Positions 39,587 through 50,361 are shown, counted from the first letter of the stretch. The stretch is 64,000 bases of DNA from Promethearchaeia archaeon (GCA_029856045.1 JAHQWG010000047.1:64001-128000); one strand, 5' to 3'. The notes: generated by a model not told the origin, from the sequence alone. Numbers and translations are program-made.

Positions 39587-40978
39587 ATGGAAAATAACAA
39601 ATCCGAGAAACTCACCAATAAACAAATGCTAGGATATTCATTTGGTGGCATTCCTATGGCATTATTAGCGTTTGTTTTCACACTATATTATGTAGAATTT
39701 TTCTTTGATGATTTACAACTGTTACCCATATATTTTATCGTTGGTCAAATAATATATGCTATTGTTAATGCAATTAACGATCCTCTACTTGGTCAACTTT
39801 CTGACCGAACAGATCGAAAAAAGTGGGGAGGTCGAAGATTACCTTATATTAAATGGGGTGCTCCGATCTGGGGTATAAGTCTTATATTTACATTTTTTCC
39901 ATTTGTAGGTCCTGAAAATCAAATATTACTTTTCATTCATTTTGTAGTGAGTATTTGTGCATATGATACGATGTTAACCCTCGTAGTTCTCTGTTGGATG
40001 GCTCTTATGCCAGAAATGACCACTGATATCGATGAACGTAATAAAATTAATTTTTTTGTTTTAATTTGGGCTGTAATTGGCGTATTACCTTTTTTTTTCA
40101 TTTTGCCAATTTTTAAAGCAGCAGGATTTCCATGGTTTCAAATCTTAAATACAATTATTGCAATTGTTTCAATTATTTGTTATTGGATTGTTGTAAAAAC
40201 GTCTGAAGAAAAGCCAGAATTTCAAAAAGACGAAGTTTTTCCTCTATGGAAATCCATCAAGGAAACAGTTAAATTAAAATCATTCTTGGTTTTTATCGGA
40301 TATAATTTTTGCAGTGTATTTAATAGCTCTATTGGATTTAGTTACCTTTTTACATATATTTTTATACTTGGTATTGATCCAGGTTTAGCAATAGCTTTAT
40401 TTTTTTGCGTTTTTCTATTTATTGGCTATGGTTCAAATTATCTTTGTATGAAATTGAGATCTAAATGGAGCATGAAAAAAATTATTTTGCGATTTGGAAT
40501 ATTAAAAGTTATAGGAGCTTTCATTACATTTATTTTAATTTTAAATCCGATAACAGAATCATTAATTTGGTTCGGTTTTATCTGGACAACGTTTTTTGGA
40601 GGATATGGTGTGTTTACTGTACCGATCATGAGTCTGAGCATGGATGAAGATGAAGTAAATCAAGGTACTCGCAGAGAAGGGATGTTTCTTGGTATGAATG
40701 CTTTTTTTACTAAGCCAGCACAAAGTCTTGGGCCAATAGTTGCCACAATAATATTAACTACCTATGGTTATGCACAAAATGAAATAATTCAGACCCCTGA
40801 AGCATTATTTGGAATTAAAATATTGTTTCTTTTAGTGCCGGCTGTTGCTTCATTAATCAGCTTAATTGTTATATATTTTTATCCATTATATGGAGATAGA
40901 TTAAAAGATCTTCAAGTAAGATTAGAAGAAATTCATCAGCAAAAAAGGGAACGACTCACTTCTGCTCTTAAAAATTAA
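39587..40978 (+). CDS. MFS transporter, GPH/MelB-like family
   Basis: NDPLLGQLSDRT..GRRLPY, DEDE..G.RREG. Confidence 0.92.
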   Translation: MENNKSEKLTNKQMLGYSFGGIPMALLAFVFTLYYVEFFFDDLQLLPIYFIVGQIIYAIVNAINDPLLGQLSDRTDRKKWGGRRLPYIKWGAPIWGISLIFTFFPFVGPENQILLFIHFVVSICAYDTMLTLVVLCWMALMPEMTTDIDERNKINFFVLIWAVIGVLPFFFILPIFKAAGFPWFQILNTIIAIVSIICYWIVVKTSEEKPEFQKDEVFPLWKSIKETVKLKSFLVFIGYNFCSVFNSSIGFSYLFTYIFILGIDPGLAIALFFCVFLFIGYGSNYLCMKLRSKWSMKKIILRFGILKVIGAFITFILILNPITESLIWFGFIWTTFFGGYGVFTVPIMSLSMDEDEVNQGTRREGMFLGMNAFFTKPAQSLGPIVATIILTTYGYAQNEIIQTPEALFGIKILFLLVPAVASLISLIVIYFYPLYGDRLKDLQVRLEEIHQQKRERLTSALKN

Positions 40979-41015
40979 TAAAATTAAAATTTTTTTATTG
41001 GGTAATATATATTTC

Positions 41016-41149
41016 TTATAGTTCATCTCTGGGTAATCTTTCATTCACCGGTAAGAGTTAATTAAATTTTTTATGGGTTCTGTTTGATACCAGAACGCAG
41101 TTGAGAAATAATCGTTTATTCTGCAATCTAAATGTCCGTGTTCAAACTT
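41016..41149 (-). pseudogene. Degraded 3' remnant of a GH172 (DUF2961) gene
   Basis: Manual translation: KFEHGHLDCRINDYFSTAFWYQTEP, then a frameshift to HKKFN*LLPVNERLPRDEL*. Confidence 0.75.
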
Positions 41150-41193
41150 TTACAATTTCTCTCTTTTATTAAGACAATTTATTATTATAATTA

Positions 41194-41547
41194 TCAATAA
41201 TCAGGAATATCTTTCAATCGAGTTAAATCTCCAGCAATAAATTCTTCCAAAAGATCAACAGTATTATCCCAAATGTTATTTATAATCGCTCTAATTTTAT
41301 TTAAATCTTCTTTAGTTTGAAATTTTATATTAATCTTTTGAGCTTTATTGTCAATGTTTATCTCCATAGGAATTTCTTCTTTTAATCCACCTAACATTTG
41401 AATCATCGTTATAACTTCATCTGGTTCTGCTAAAGGTCCTTTTACTTCTTTTTTAACAATTAAAGTAATTTTTAAGTTATTTTCATCAACTTTATGTTCA
41501 ATGGTTTGTTTTAACATATTTCTTAAAGAAGGAATTATTTCTTCCAT
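41194..41547 (-). CDS. Hypothetical protein
   Basis: 117-aa ORF downstream of the CocE/NonD gene, with a GTGA RBS. Confidence 0.7.
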   Translation of the reverse strand: MEEIIPSLRNMLKQTIEHKVDENNLKITLIVKKEVKGPLAEPDEVITMIQMLGGLKEEIPMEINIDNKAQKINIKFQTKEDLNKIRAIINNIWDNTVDLLEEFIAGDLTRLKDIPDY

Positions 41548-41578
41548 TTTTTTATCACTTCATTTGATTATTATATTA

Positions 41579-43405
41579 TTAAATTTCTTTTTTAATTATA
41601 GGAAGATCAATATAGGAAGCAAACTTCTCATTTCTTTCAATTTTAATTGTTGGTCTACCTTTTGAGGGATAACGATAAAAAGTATCTTTATCATGACCAG
41701 CTATAGCAATTCTAATTCTGTGGTTTTTACGAATAACAACAGAAGTTGCATGTAGTCCAAATTTTAATTCTGCAATCTCACTAGGAGTAAGTGGTTGAGC
41801 ATCTTCCTCATTATATGTATGATATGGTATGAATATTTTATATGGTGGTTTATCTGTTGAAATTTTTCGATGGATAACGCGAAGTTGACCATCAGTAATG
41901 TAAGTTACATTACCTTTTTCATCAATATCTTCTAAATATACATATACAGCATTATCTTCATGAGTTGAAGAAAAATATATGCTAACAATACAATGTCCAG
42001 TAATTTCCAAATCCTCTTCTAATGGTACGCTTGTATAAGTAAGCAATTTTTCATCCATTTTTATTCTATTTTCATAGATTATTGGTAAGCCTAATAAAGT
42101 CCACCAACGATTATTTCTCCCTGTAGTAGCGCTGAAATTTATTTTATAGGAATCTGCACCAGATTTGATTCGAGGTAAAGTTCTTGATAAAGAATTGTTT
42201 TCCGAAAGGTACCATCTTTGCATTTTTTGTCCCTTTGGTGGCCATATAATAGTTTTTTTCCATTTTTCTTCCACCATAGTATAATAATAAAGTGTTTTTC
42301 CTTGTACACTATTACCTTTCACACATTTATCAAAAAAATTAATCCAAGCATTAATACGTTCTCTTGGAGAAGGAGTTACTTTCACTCTTTCAGGAAAAAA
42401 TTGATTTGCGGGATAACCAGCTCCATGATTCCAATCACCTAAAATTGCGATCTGGGGATTATCTAAATTAGCAAATCGATGTATAATTACATCTACATAA
42501 CCAGAATCAAGCCATGAACACCAAGCAAGAATAGGAACTCTTGTTTTTTCAAGCTCTTCTTTATGTGGATAAATACAAGTATCAATGATTTTAGTACCAT
42601 CAGGGAGAGGGTCATCTCTATAGTTTTTATCAAGCGTCATTTCATAAACATATCTATTAGATTTATGTTGATTCAAAGCCCCAATTAAAATTTTTAGGTC
42701 TTTATCCGAATCAACAGGTTTAACTCCTTTTGCAATCAACCAAACTGCAGGAAGTAATTGCTTGAAAACTTTAGGATTATTTTTATCCAAATTTTTTCCT
42801 AAGAAAGACCATATTTCCATAAATTTCCAATCATAACACCCTCCAGGAAAAGCGAGATCTATATATGCATCCCACATAGCATGCCCCGGCATAATAGCCT
42901 TAACAGCAGGATGATTATTTAAAGCAAAAAATTCTGAGCAAATGCCAGGATATGATATTCCATTAGAAACTACATTTCCATCTGACCATGGTTGAGAAAT
43001 AATCCAATCAACAACATCAGCTCCATCTTTGATTTCATCAATATACCAAGGATGTGGTCTTGTACCTTCTGATGCACCAGTTCCTCTCACATCTGTATAA
43101 ACTATTGCATAACCTCGACTTGTATAAATTTCCGGATTAGGTGTAGAGGATATTACATCATCCAAAATCCATCTAAAAGGAATTCGAAGTTCCATTGCTC
43201 TCCAATACCGTGTTTGCACCAATAAGGTAGGTAATTTTTCACTAGAAGACAAACCTTTAGGAAGGCAAATGGTGGCTGCAATTTTTATTCCGTCTCTCAT
43301 TGGGATATAAGTTGAGCTAATTTTATAACCATCGTGATATTTTTTCTCTGGAATTTCACCTAATTCCTTAAAAGGATTATTTTCAATAGCATTAGGATCT
43401 GTCAT
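41579..43405 (-). CDS. CocE/NonD (S15) family hydrolase
   Basis: MRDGIKIA, DVRGTGASEG, WIISQPWSDG, GISYPG, GDWNH. Confidence 0.93.
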   Translation of the reverse strand: MTDPNAIENNPFKELGEIPEKKYHDGYKISSTYIPMRDGIKIAATICLPKGLSSSEKLPTLLVQTRYWRAMELRIPFRWILDDVISSTPNPEIYTSRGYAIVYTDVRGTGASEGTRPHPWYIDEIKDGADVVDWIISQPWSDGNVVSNGISYPGICSEFFALNNHPAVKAIMPGHAMWDAYIDLAFPGGCYDWKFMEIWSFLGKNLDKNNPKVFKQLLPAVWLIAKGVKPVDSDKDLKILIGALNQHKSNRYVYEMTLDKNYRDDPLPDGTKIIDTCIYPHKEELEKTRVPILAWCSWLDSGYVDVIIHRFANLDNPQIAILGDWNHGAGYPANQFFPERVKVTPSPRERINAWINFFDKCVKGNSVQGKTLYYYTMVEEKWKKTIIWPPKGQKMQRWYLSENNSLSRTLPRIKSGADSYKINFSATTGRNNRWWTLLGLPIIYENRIKMDEKLLTYTSVPLEEDLEITGHCIVSIYFSSTHEDNAVYVYLEDIDEKGNVTYITDGQLRVIHRKISTDKPPYKIFIPYHTYNEEDAQPLTPSEIAELKFGLHATSVVIRKNHRIRIAIAGHDKDTFYRYPSKGRPTIKIERNEKFASYIDLPIIKKEI

Positions 43406-43679
43406 TTTTATACCATTTGTTTGATTATAATTTTTTTAATTTTGGTATAATCTTATTCTGTTTTTTAAAAAATATAAATAATTCATAAGAATCATAGTTA
43501 TTAAGTAAATTATCAAAAAACTTAAAATTATTAAAGAAATTTCTGAAATTAATAAATTTTCTCAAATTATAATCACAAAATCAAGAAAATCCTAAGTGAT
43601 ATTTGATTTAAATTTAATAGATTTCTTAACTTTTTTTGATTTTAATTAATCTACTAGTAAATATAAGATAAATTATCCA

Positions 43680-44858
43680 TTAAATTGTTGTTTTCTCTAA
43701 ATTTTTAAGAAATTCTTCTTTAATATCTGCTCCATGACCAGGAGAATCAGGAATAATAATTCTACCATTATCTTTTTCAATATATTCAATTCCCCCTATA
43801 ACAGGGTCCTCTTTATGCATTAAAGCAGAATCTAAGTCAACAAAAATTACATTAGGATTAGCGCTTACAAAGTGAGCCGCTGCAGTTAACCCCAATCGAG
43901 ATTCACCAAAACATCCGATCATACATTTCATTCCACAGCTTTCTGCAATAGTATTTATTTTTAATGCCGTAGAAATTCCTCCCGATTTTCCCAGTTTGAT
44001 ATTTAAATAATCACAAGCTCCCATAGAAGCCAATTTAAATGCATCATGGTGATCGAATACAGATTCATCTGCACAAATTGGAGCTATTTCCATATCTCTT
44101 AATCGACGCATATTTTCATAATCCCAGTATGCAAGAGGTTGCTCAGCATATTCTAGGTTATAAGGTTTCATTGCTTTAAGAACCTCTATAGCCGTTGTTA
44201 AATCCCAACCTTGGTTTGTATCAATTCGAATTGAAATATCTTTACTTATTTCTTCTCTTATTTTCTTAATTAGTTCTATATCCATCCTTTTATTTAATCC
44301 TACTTTCAACTTTATTGCTGAAAAACCCATATCAATAACATTTTTTACTTCATTTATGGCAGTCTCCAGATTTTCTTGAATGCCGATTGTGTAATCTGTG
44401 AAGATATCTCTTTTTTCGCCACCTAATATAACATAAAGAGGAACTCCTGTAGCTTTACCTAAAATATCATAAAGCGCAATATTAAATGCTGATTTAATTT
44501 GAGTTTGTTTAACAACAGTTTGATTAATTTCTTTCATGCGGGTACCTATTGCTAATGGATCTTTACCCTTAATAACTTTAGCTATCAATATTCCTGCTTC
44601 ATAAGCAGTGTTTTGAGTATCACCAGTAATTCTTAATGAGGAACATGCTTCCCCAAGTCCATAAATATCCTTATTTGTATTAATTCGAACCAGCAAATTA
44701 TTTGCTTCATAAATCGTACCTAATGAGATTTTGAACGGAAATTTCATAGGAATATTGAATTTAAAGATTTCAACACTAGTTATTTTTAAAGAATTATTTG
44801 GATTCATTTTGAATAATAATTCTAGCAATAATTTAATTTTTTTTTCTATCAAAATCAA
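43680..44858 (-). CDS. L-Ala-D/L-Glu dipeptide epimerase (enolase superfamily)
   Basis: KLKVG, DTNQGW, EQP, ADES, NIKLGK, DLD; likely start ATG 44807. Confidence 0.88.
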   Translation of the reverse strand: MILIEKKIKLLLELLFKMNPNNSLKITSVEIFKFNIPMKFPFKISLGTIYEANNLLVRINTNKDIYGLGEACSSLRITGDTQNTAYEAGILIAKVIKGKDPLAIGTRMKEINQTVVKQTQIKSAFNIALYDILGKATGVPLYVILGGEKRDIFTDYTIGIQENLETAINEVKNVIDMGFSAIKLKVGLNKRMDIELIKKIREEISKDISIRIDTNQGWDLTTAIEVLKAMKPYNLEYAEQPLAYWDYENMRRLRDMEIAPICADESVFDHHDAFKLASMGACDYLNIKLGKSGGISTALKINTIAESCGMKCMIGCFGESRLGLTAAAHFVSANPNVIFVDLDSALMHKEDPVIGGIEYIEKDNGRIIIPDSPGHGADIKEEFLKNLEKTTI

Positions 44859-44909
44859 ATAATAAAAAAATATTCCCGACTTACTATTATGTAGGTTATT
44901 TTTTCAAAT

Positions 44910-46319
44910 GTGAGAAATATGAACGAAAATCAATTTGAGGAATTTGAAGGAAGAATAGTCGAGATAATGAGGGAATTTAAAATTCCTGGTCTTTCCATTG
45001 GAGTTGTAAAAGATGGAAAATCCATATATATTAAAGGATTTGGTGCAAGAAATTTAGAAAAAAACCTTCCTTTTACTCCAGATACTCTGTTTGGAATTGG
45101 GTCCATTTCAAAATCTTTTACGACTTTAGCAGTAATGCAACTCTATGAACAAGAGAAAATTAATATACAAGATCCTGTAGGTATGTATTTAAATTTCAAA
45201 TTAGGAAAAAAGGACAATCCAATAAAGATTTATCATATGTTTTCACATTCTACAGGAATCCCTGAACTTGATGGTAATGAAGTTGCATTATTACGACATT
45301 TAGGAATTTTAGAGCCAATCATTCCTATGAGCAGTTGGGATGACTTTTTGCTTCACATGAATAGTGCAAATACAGAAATATTCGGTTCGCCAGAAAAATA
45401 CTTCTTCTATAATAATGATATGTTTACATGCCTTGGATTGATTGTTGAAAAAATTACAAATATGAAATTCGAAGATTATATGAAAGAAAATATTCTAAAA
45501 CCGCTTGAAATGAATAGATCAACCTATTTAAAGCAGGATTTTGAAAAAGATGATGATGTTTTAACTGGATACCTCCCCTCTAATGAAAAGAAACTCGTTA
45601 AAGATGCTATGCATCCATTTGATAAGATTGTATATGCACCCGGAGGGTTATTAAGCTCAGTAAGTGAAATGCAAAATTATATTATTGCTCTAATTAATGG
45701 CGGAAAGTTTAACCAATCACAAATCATTCAAAAGTCTTCATTAGAGAAAATGTGGACTCCTTATATAAAAATCCCAGAAGAAACTAGTTATAGCATGGGA
45801 GATTCTTGGTATGGCTATGGTTGGATTATAGAAAAAAACTTTCTTGGACATAAATTATTACAACATGGCGGAAATGTAGGAACATCTACTGCATTTTTAG
45901 CTATCATTCCAAACCAAAAGATTGGTGTTATTATAGGAGCGAATAGTGATGCATCAATTGTTCTAGGATCAATTGCTCGTATTTTTCTTGCAATTCTTTT
46001 AGATAAAGATTTTGATGAAGCTGCTCCATTAATAAAAATTCATAATAAATTAAAATCATTAACAGGAAAATATAAAATCTACAAAGAATTGCAAACTATG
46101 GATATTTCACTTGATAATGGTGTTCTTTTTGCAAAAATTAAAAATCCTATTGAACCTAAACCAAGAAATTTACCTTTAGCTCCTGAGAATTTAGAAGAAT
46201 TAAAATTTTACGTTCCAATTGCATATCCAAATCGAAAAATAAAGGTTCAATTTTTTATTGATGAAGAAACAGATGAGATACACCTAACATTTGATAGGTA
46301 TTATTTTCATAAAATATGA
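44910..46319 (+). CDS. Serine hydrolase, class C beta-lactamase / Pab87-like D-peptidase
   Basis: SISK (SxxK), YNN, HGG, plus C-terminal extension. Confidence 0.88.
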   Translation: MRNMNENQFEEFEGRIVEIMREFKIPGLSIGVVKDGKSIYIKGFGARNLEKNLPFTPDTLFGIGSISKSFTTLAVMQLYEQEKINIQDPVGMYLNFKLGKKDNPIKIYHMFSHSTGIPELDGNEVALLRHLGILEPIIPMSSWDDFLLHMNSANTEIFGSPEKYFFYNNDMFTCLGLIVEKITNMKFEDYMKENILKPLEMNRSTYLKQDFEKDDDVLTGYLPSNEKKLVKDAMHPFDKIVYAPGGLLSSVSEMQNYIIALINGGKFNQSQIIQKSSLEKMWTPYIKIPEETSYSMGDSWYGYGWIIEKNFLGHKLLQHGGNVGTSTAFLAIIPNQKIGVIIGANSDASIVLGSIARIFLAILLDKDFDEAAPLIKIHNKLKSLTGKYKIYKELQTMDISLDNGVLFAKIKNPIEPKPRNLPLAPENLEELKFYVPIAYPNRKIKVQFFIDEETDEIHLTFDRYYFHKI

Positions 46320-46384
46320 AGGTATAATGATTATTATAACTCTTTTGACTCATCTTTAGGTAAACTTTCATTTACTGGTAAGAT

Positions 46385-46416
46385 AATTTCCAATATTATA
46401 TTAGAAATTGGAAATT
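46385..46416. terminator. Inverted repeat between convergent genes
   Basis: AATTTCCAAT-N12-ATTGGAAATT. Confidence 0.35.
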
Positions 46417-46451
46417 GTTATAATTGATAAATTAAAAAGATTAAGTTCAAT

Positions 46452-47765
46452 CTAAATTGGAATTGAGCCCTTATGTCCATTGGGAGTTCCAATACCAAAT
46501 GAGTTAAAAGTCATAAAACTAATGGTTCCCATAGAAAAAAACCCATTTTCATCACGACATATTATGGGTTTATCTCCTAAAATTTTAATCAACTCCTCTT
46601 CTGTTAATTTATTGTCTTCATAAGATTCTAATAGTAATGCCTCTGCATATGATTGCCTTTCTTTTGAATATTGAGGATCCAATAGTGTATCTTGCCAAAA
46701 TGGGTTTAAAAAGGTATTAGTAAATACAATTCTATTAGCTGCATATGTCTTAGTTTGATTATAAGGAAGGGCCTGTACTGCGAGTATTGAACTACTATTT
46801 GCGATTATGTAATTATGACTATATGAGCTTGAATTATTTGGAAAAAGGGTATTATATAACCCCTCTATACTTTTTTCTTTTACCAGACCCTCCCGAACTA
46901 AAACAAAAGTTGGAATCGTATAGGGAGCAACTTCTTTTGTTTGCACCAAATTAACGGTTAATACTAATCCATATTCGTTTTTTCCCATGGGTGAAGTTAG
47001 ACCCCCCCCTAAACGATGGGTAAAAACCAATGGGTCGTTTCCTAACTTATGTAATACAAAAGATTGGAATGAACCCATAGGTTTGATAAGATCCATATTC
47101 TGACCCACAAGAACGCTTCCATCGTTATTTATAGCTCCAAGTGCTGTGCAACCGAAATCAGACATAATTGATAATTCAGCAGGAATGTGTCTACCATATA
47201 AAGCTTCAATAAATACTGATTGAACTAATATATCCGCATAAGAAATCAAAAATCCACCCCCTGCAGTAGCCCCCTCACTCATCCCTAATATTTCTTGTTT
47301 ATAATTTTCCGGGATATAAGAATTATACTCGTTGCATATTTTTTCAATATCAAAATAAGACAATCCAAAAGAACTTGAACATATTAACAATAGAGCTTTC
47401 ATAGCTAAGATTTTATCTGAAAGAGCATAACCTGTTTGATAACCCAAATCATAATGATTGTTTGCTTCTACATACAGATATTTTTGTCCGTTTGAATCAC
47501 ACCATTCCGAATGACCAGAAATGCCTATTCTTAAGAAAGCAAGGCGATTACTAATATTATGAGAAGAAAAAATTATACTTGCACCAATAAATATAATTAA
47601 AACAATTGCTAAAATTTTTTTTACCTTTGCAAATTTTCTTGTAAATTTTAATTCCGCACAAATACCTCTCTTGCTAATTTTACACAATTTTTTGCGAAAT
47701 AAATATATTAGAAAGAATATAACTCCACTTAAAATAAATGTTATTATAATACTAAGCCCCAACAT
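46452..47765 (-). CDS. Membrane-anchored C45-family (Ntn) peptidase / acyltransferase
   Basis: Two N-terminal TM, GCTA autoproteolysis site, GQNMD, NEYGL, TN. Confidence 0.85.
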   Translation of the reverse strand: MLGLSIIITFILSGVIFFLIYLFRKKLCKISKRGICAELKFTRKFAKVKKILAIVLIIFIGASIIFSSHNISNRLAFLRIGISGHSEWCDSNGQKYLYVEANNHYDLGYQTGYALSDKILAMKALLLICSSSFGLSYFDIEKICNEYNSYIPENYKQEILGMSEGATAGGGFLISYADILVQSVFIEALYGRHIPAELSIMSDFGCTALGAINNDGSVLVGQNMDLIKPMGSFQSFVLHKLGNDPLVFTHRLGGGLTSPMGKNEYGLVLTVNLVQTKEVAPYTIPTFVLVREGLVKEKSIEGLYNTLFPNNSSSYSHNYIIANSSSILAVQALPYNQTKTYAANRIVFTNTFLNPFWQDTLLDPQYSKERQSYAEALLLESYEDNKLTEEELIKILGDKPIICRDENGFFSMGTISFMTFNSFGIGTPNGHKGSIPI

Positions 47766-47994
47766 TTATTATACTCCTTTTTGATTTGATTCGATTTTTT
47801 AACTAGCTTATTTATTTTTAAATTCGATTCCCACTGAAATTTCAATAATATGGGTGTTTTCTTTTTATTTACAAGTAATTATAAAAATAGCAATGAAATC
47901 TCCAATTTTTTTCACATAAAGAATTATGAAAAGAAAAAAAGATAATTTGAATTTTTTAAAAATTGGATTTTTTAAGGTATATCATATCTTAGAT

Positions 47995-48297
47995 TTAGGA
48001 AGATTTTACTTTAGTAATTTTTAATTTTATACATGCCTCTGCTTTAACATCCGCTTTTGCAATGATTATTGATAATTTTCCTGATGCGCTAATAGTTAGA
48101 CTTAATTCAATTTCGCTTAATTCATATTTTTCTGATTCAATTTTTAATTTTTTAATAATTTTTTGAATTGTACTTCTTGCTTTCTCAACCGATTCATCAT
48201 CGATTTCAAGGGGTGGTTCTGGTGTTCCTTTAATTGCTAACATTTCTGAAATTTGTTCAGGCCTAATGGCATAAACTTCCCATTTATCACTGCTCAT
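47995..48297 (-). CDS. Pepco/Trypco-like small protein
   Basis: YELSEIELSLTISASGKL..A.VKAEACIKLKIT beta-hairpin pattern. Confidence 0.6.
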   Translation of the reverse strand: MSSDKWEVYAIRPEQISEMLAIKGTPEPPLEIDDESVEKARSTIQKIIKKLKIESEKYELSEIELSLTISASGKLSIIIAKADVKAEACIKLKITKVKSS

Positions 48298-48446
48298 TTC
48301 AAACCCTCTTCATTGTTTAATATTTTTATATTGTTTTTAAAGTAATATCAATGAAGAAATTTTTTTAAAATTATTCTTCAATAGTTAATTGCTAGTGAAC
48401 CTTCAATTCATGATTAATTTAAGAAATTTTAAGATAATATAAGAAA

Positions 48447-48521
48447 CGGACCCGGAGGGATTTGAACCCCCGTAAACCACCTTAGGAGGGTGGCGCGAGA
48501 TCCAGGCTTCGCGACGGGTCC
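48447..48521 (-). tRNA. tRNA-Arg (CCU)
   Basis: Acceptor GGACCCG/CGGGTCC, anticodon arm CCACC-CTCCTAA-GGTGG, T loop TTCAAAT; CCA not encoded. Confidence 0.96.
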
Positions 48522-48731
48522 TCTTCTATTCACCAAATAAACCTAATATTAATTTGGTATTGCTATAATTATTATAGAAGTTAATTTTTTCTATTAAAAC
48601 CTAATTTTATAACAATTCTTCTTTTTATATATTATTTAAGATCCGTAAATTTACAAAAGGTTTTAATTAGTATAATTTTAAAATAAAATAAGATTAAAAA
48701 TTTTTCTTAAAGAGATAGGTATTTAAAAAGG

Positions 48732-48992
48732 ATGCACAGCCGCCAACAACAGAAACCCCTTGATTTTTTAAGAGGTAGTATTGATAAAGTTATACTAATA
48801 AAGGTTAAAAAAAATAGACTTTTTCGTGCAAAATTGAAGGGTTATGATGAGCACTTAAACCTTTTTTTAGAGGAAGCAACTCAGATATTTGAGTATCAGG
48901 ATGATGATGGGAATATAAGAGAAGAGAATGAAAATCTTGGCCGGATTGTAATAAGAGGAGATAATATCGTATTTTTAAATCTGGCTCAGTAA
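48732..48992 (+). CDS. Sm-like archaeal protein (Lsm/SmAP)
   Basis: PLDFL, L.GYDEHLNL.L, IRGDNIV. Confidence 0.93.
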   Translation: MHSRQQQKPLDFLRGSIDKVILIKVKKNRLFRAKLKGYDEHLNLFLEEATQIFEYQDDDGNIREENENLGRIVIRGDNIVFLNLAQ

Positions 48993-49024
48993 ATTTAAAA
49001 AATATTTTCTGGTTTTAGAAATAG

Positions 49025-50329
49025 ATGAAAATAAGAGCTATTACTATTGGATTACAATTTCCCTTTTATCAGCCTTCAGGAAGTAAAAATTTAGAATCAG
49101 TTTTAGATGTTCAATTTCAATCTTTTAAAGAATTATTAGATGAATTAAAAGAGAGATTTGAAAAAATTGGAATAGAAATACAAACTACAAGGGTTTGTAC
49201 TCAACCATTATATCAAAAAGAAGGAAATCCCTTTTTGAAAGAGAGCTCAAATTTTAATGAGAATTTGAACAATCTTAGAAAAGGAATAGAATTATTAATT
49301 TCCTATTGTAAAAAGGCCAATATTGACTATGTCGCTTGTCTAACTATTTTGGCTGATGAATTTGAGAATTATAATTTAACAGAGCAAAAATTTCTTAAAA
49401 AAGTTCCAAAGATTCTTGAAGACTATGAAAATCTTTTTACTTCTATTCAAGTTGCTTCTCAAAAATATGGAATTAACCTTCTTTCAATAAAAGATTGTGC
49501 GAAAATAATAAAGCAAATACCGCTTAATAAACCATTTAATTCACATAAATTCTGCGTGAATGTTAATGTACCAGAAGATACACCATTTTTCCCTGCTTCT
49601 TATCACTTATCAGATAAACCAAAATTCTCAATAGCATTAGAAATGGCCGATGAAGTTGTATCAACAATAAAACAATCAGATAGCTTAAATGATTTTCAAA
49701 AAAATCTCAAATCTAAATTTGAAGAGATATTTAAGAATATTTCAAATATTTGTGAGAATTGTGAGAAAAAATTCAATATTCAATTTCATGGTATTGATTT
49801 TTCTCCTGCTCCATTTCCTGAAGATTTAAAAAGTATCGGTAAAGTGATCGAAGAAATGGGTATTGAATATTTTGGTGCCCAAGGAACATTTTTTGCCGTT
49901 TATATGATAATGAATATTATCAAATCTTTAAATATTAAAAAAATTGGTTTCTCGGGATTCATGCAGCCAATTCTTGAAGATTCTATTTTATCCAAAAGGT
50001 TGGATGAAGGAAAATATACAATTGATTCATTATTACTTTATTCTGCAACTTGTGGAACCGGACTTGATTGCGTACCATTACAAGGAGATGTAAGTGAGAG
50101 AGAGATTTTTTACATACTATTAGATCTTGCATCTTTAGGCTTATCTTTAGAAAAACCATTAACAGCAAGATTAATGGTAGTTCCTGGCAAAAAAGAGAAC
50201 GAAAAATCTGATTTTGAATCAATTTATTTTTGTAATTCTCAAATGATGAAATTAAAAAGATTAACAAAAGCTCCTTCAAATGATTTATTTGAAAATGCAG
50301 AAAAGATCAAATTCATAAGATTTTTATGA
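49025..50329 (+). CDS. DUF711 (UPF0210) family protein
   Basis: MKIRAIT, PFFPA, GFSG.M.P.LED, CGTGLDCVPL, KPLTARL. Confidence 0.88.
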   Translation: MKIRAITIGLQFPFYQPSGSKNLESVLDVQFQSFKELLDELKERFEKIGIEIQTTRVCTQPLYQKEGNPFLKESSNFNENLNNLRKGIELLISYCKKANIDYVACLTILADEFENYNLTEQKFLKKVPKILEDYENLFTSIQVASQKYGINLLSIKDCAKIIKQIPLNKPFNSHKFCVNVNVPEDTPFFPASYHLSDKPKFSIALEMADEVVSTIKQSDSLNDFQKNLKSKFEEIFKNISNICENCEKKFNIQFHGIDFSPAPFPEDLKSIGKVIEEMGIEYFGAQGTFFAVYMIMNIIKSLNIKKIGFSGFMQPILEDSILSKRLDEGKYTIDSLLLYSATCGTGLDCVPLQGDVSEREIFYILLDLASLGLSLEKPLTARLMVVPGKKENEKSDFESIYFCNSQMMKLKRLTKAPSNDLFENAEKIKFIRFL

Positions 50330-50361
50330 AGGTTAAAAATACATATACTTTATAATTGTAG

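Noticed and set aside
45638-45647. ACCCGGAGGG match to the tRNA-Arg 3' end as an att site
   Set aside because: Only 10 bp, inside the conserved APGG codons of an intact gene, and no integrase is nearby.
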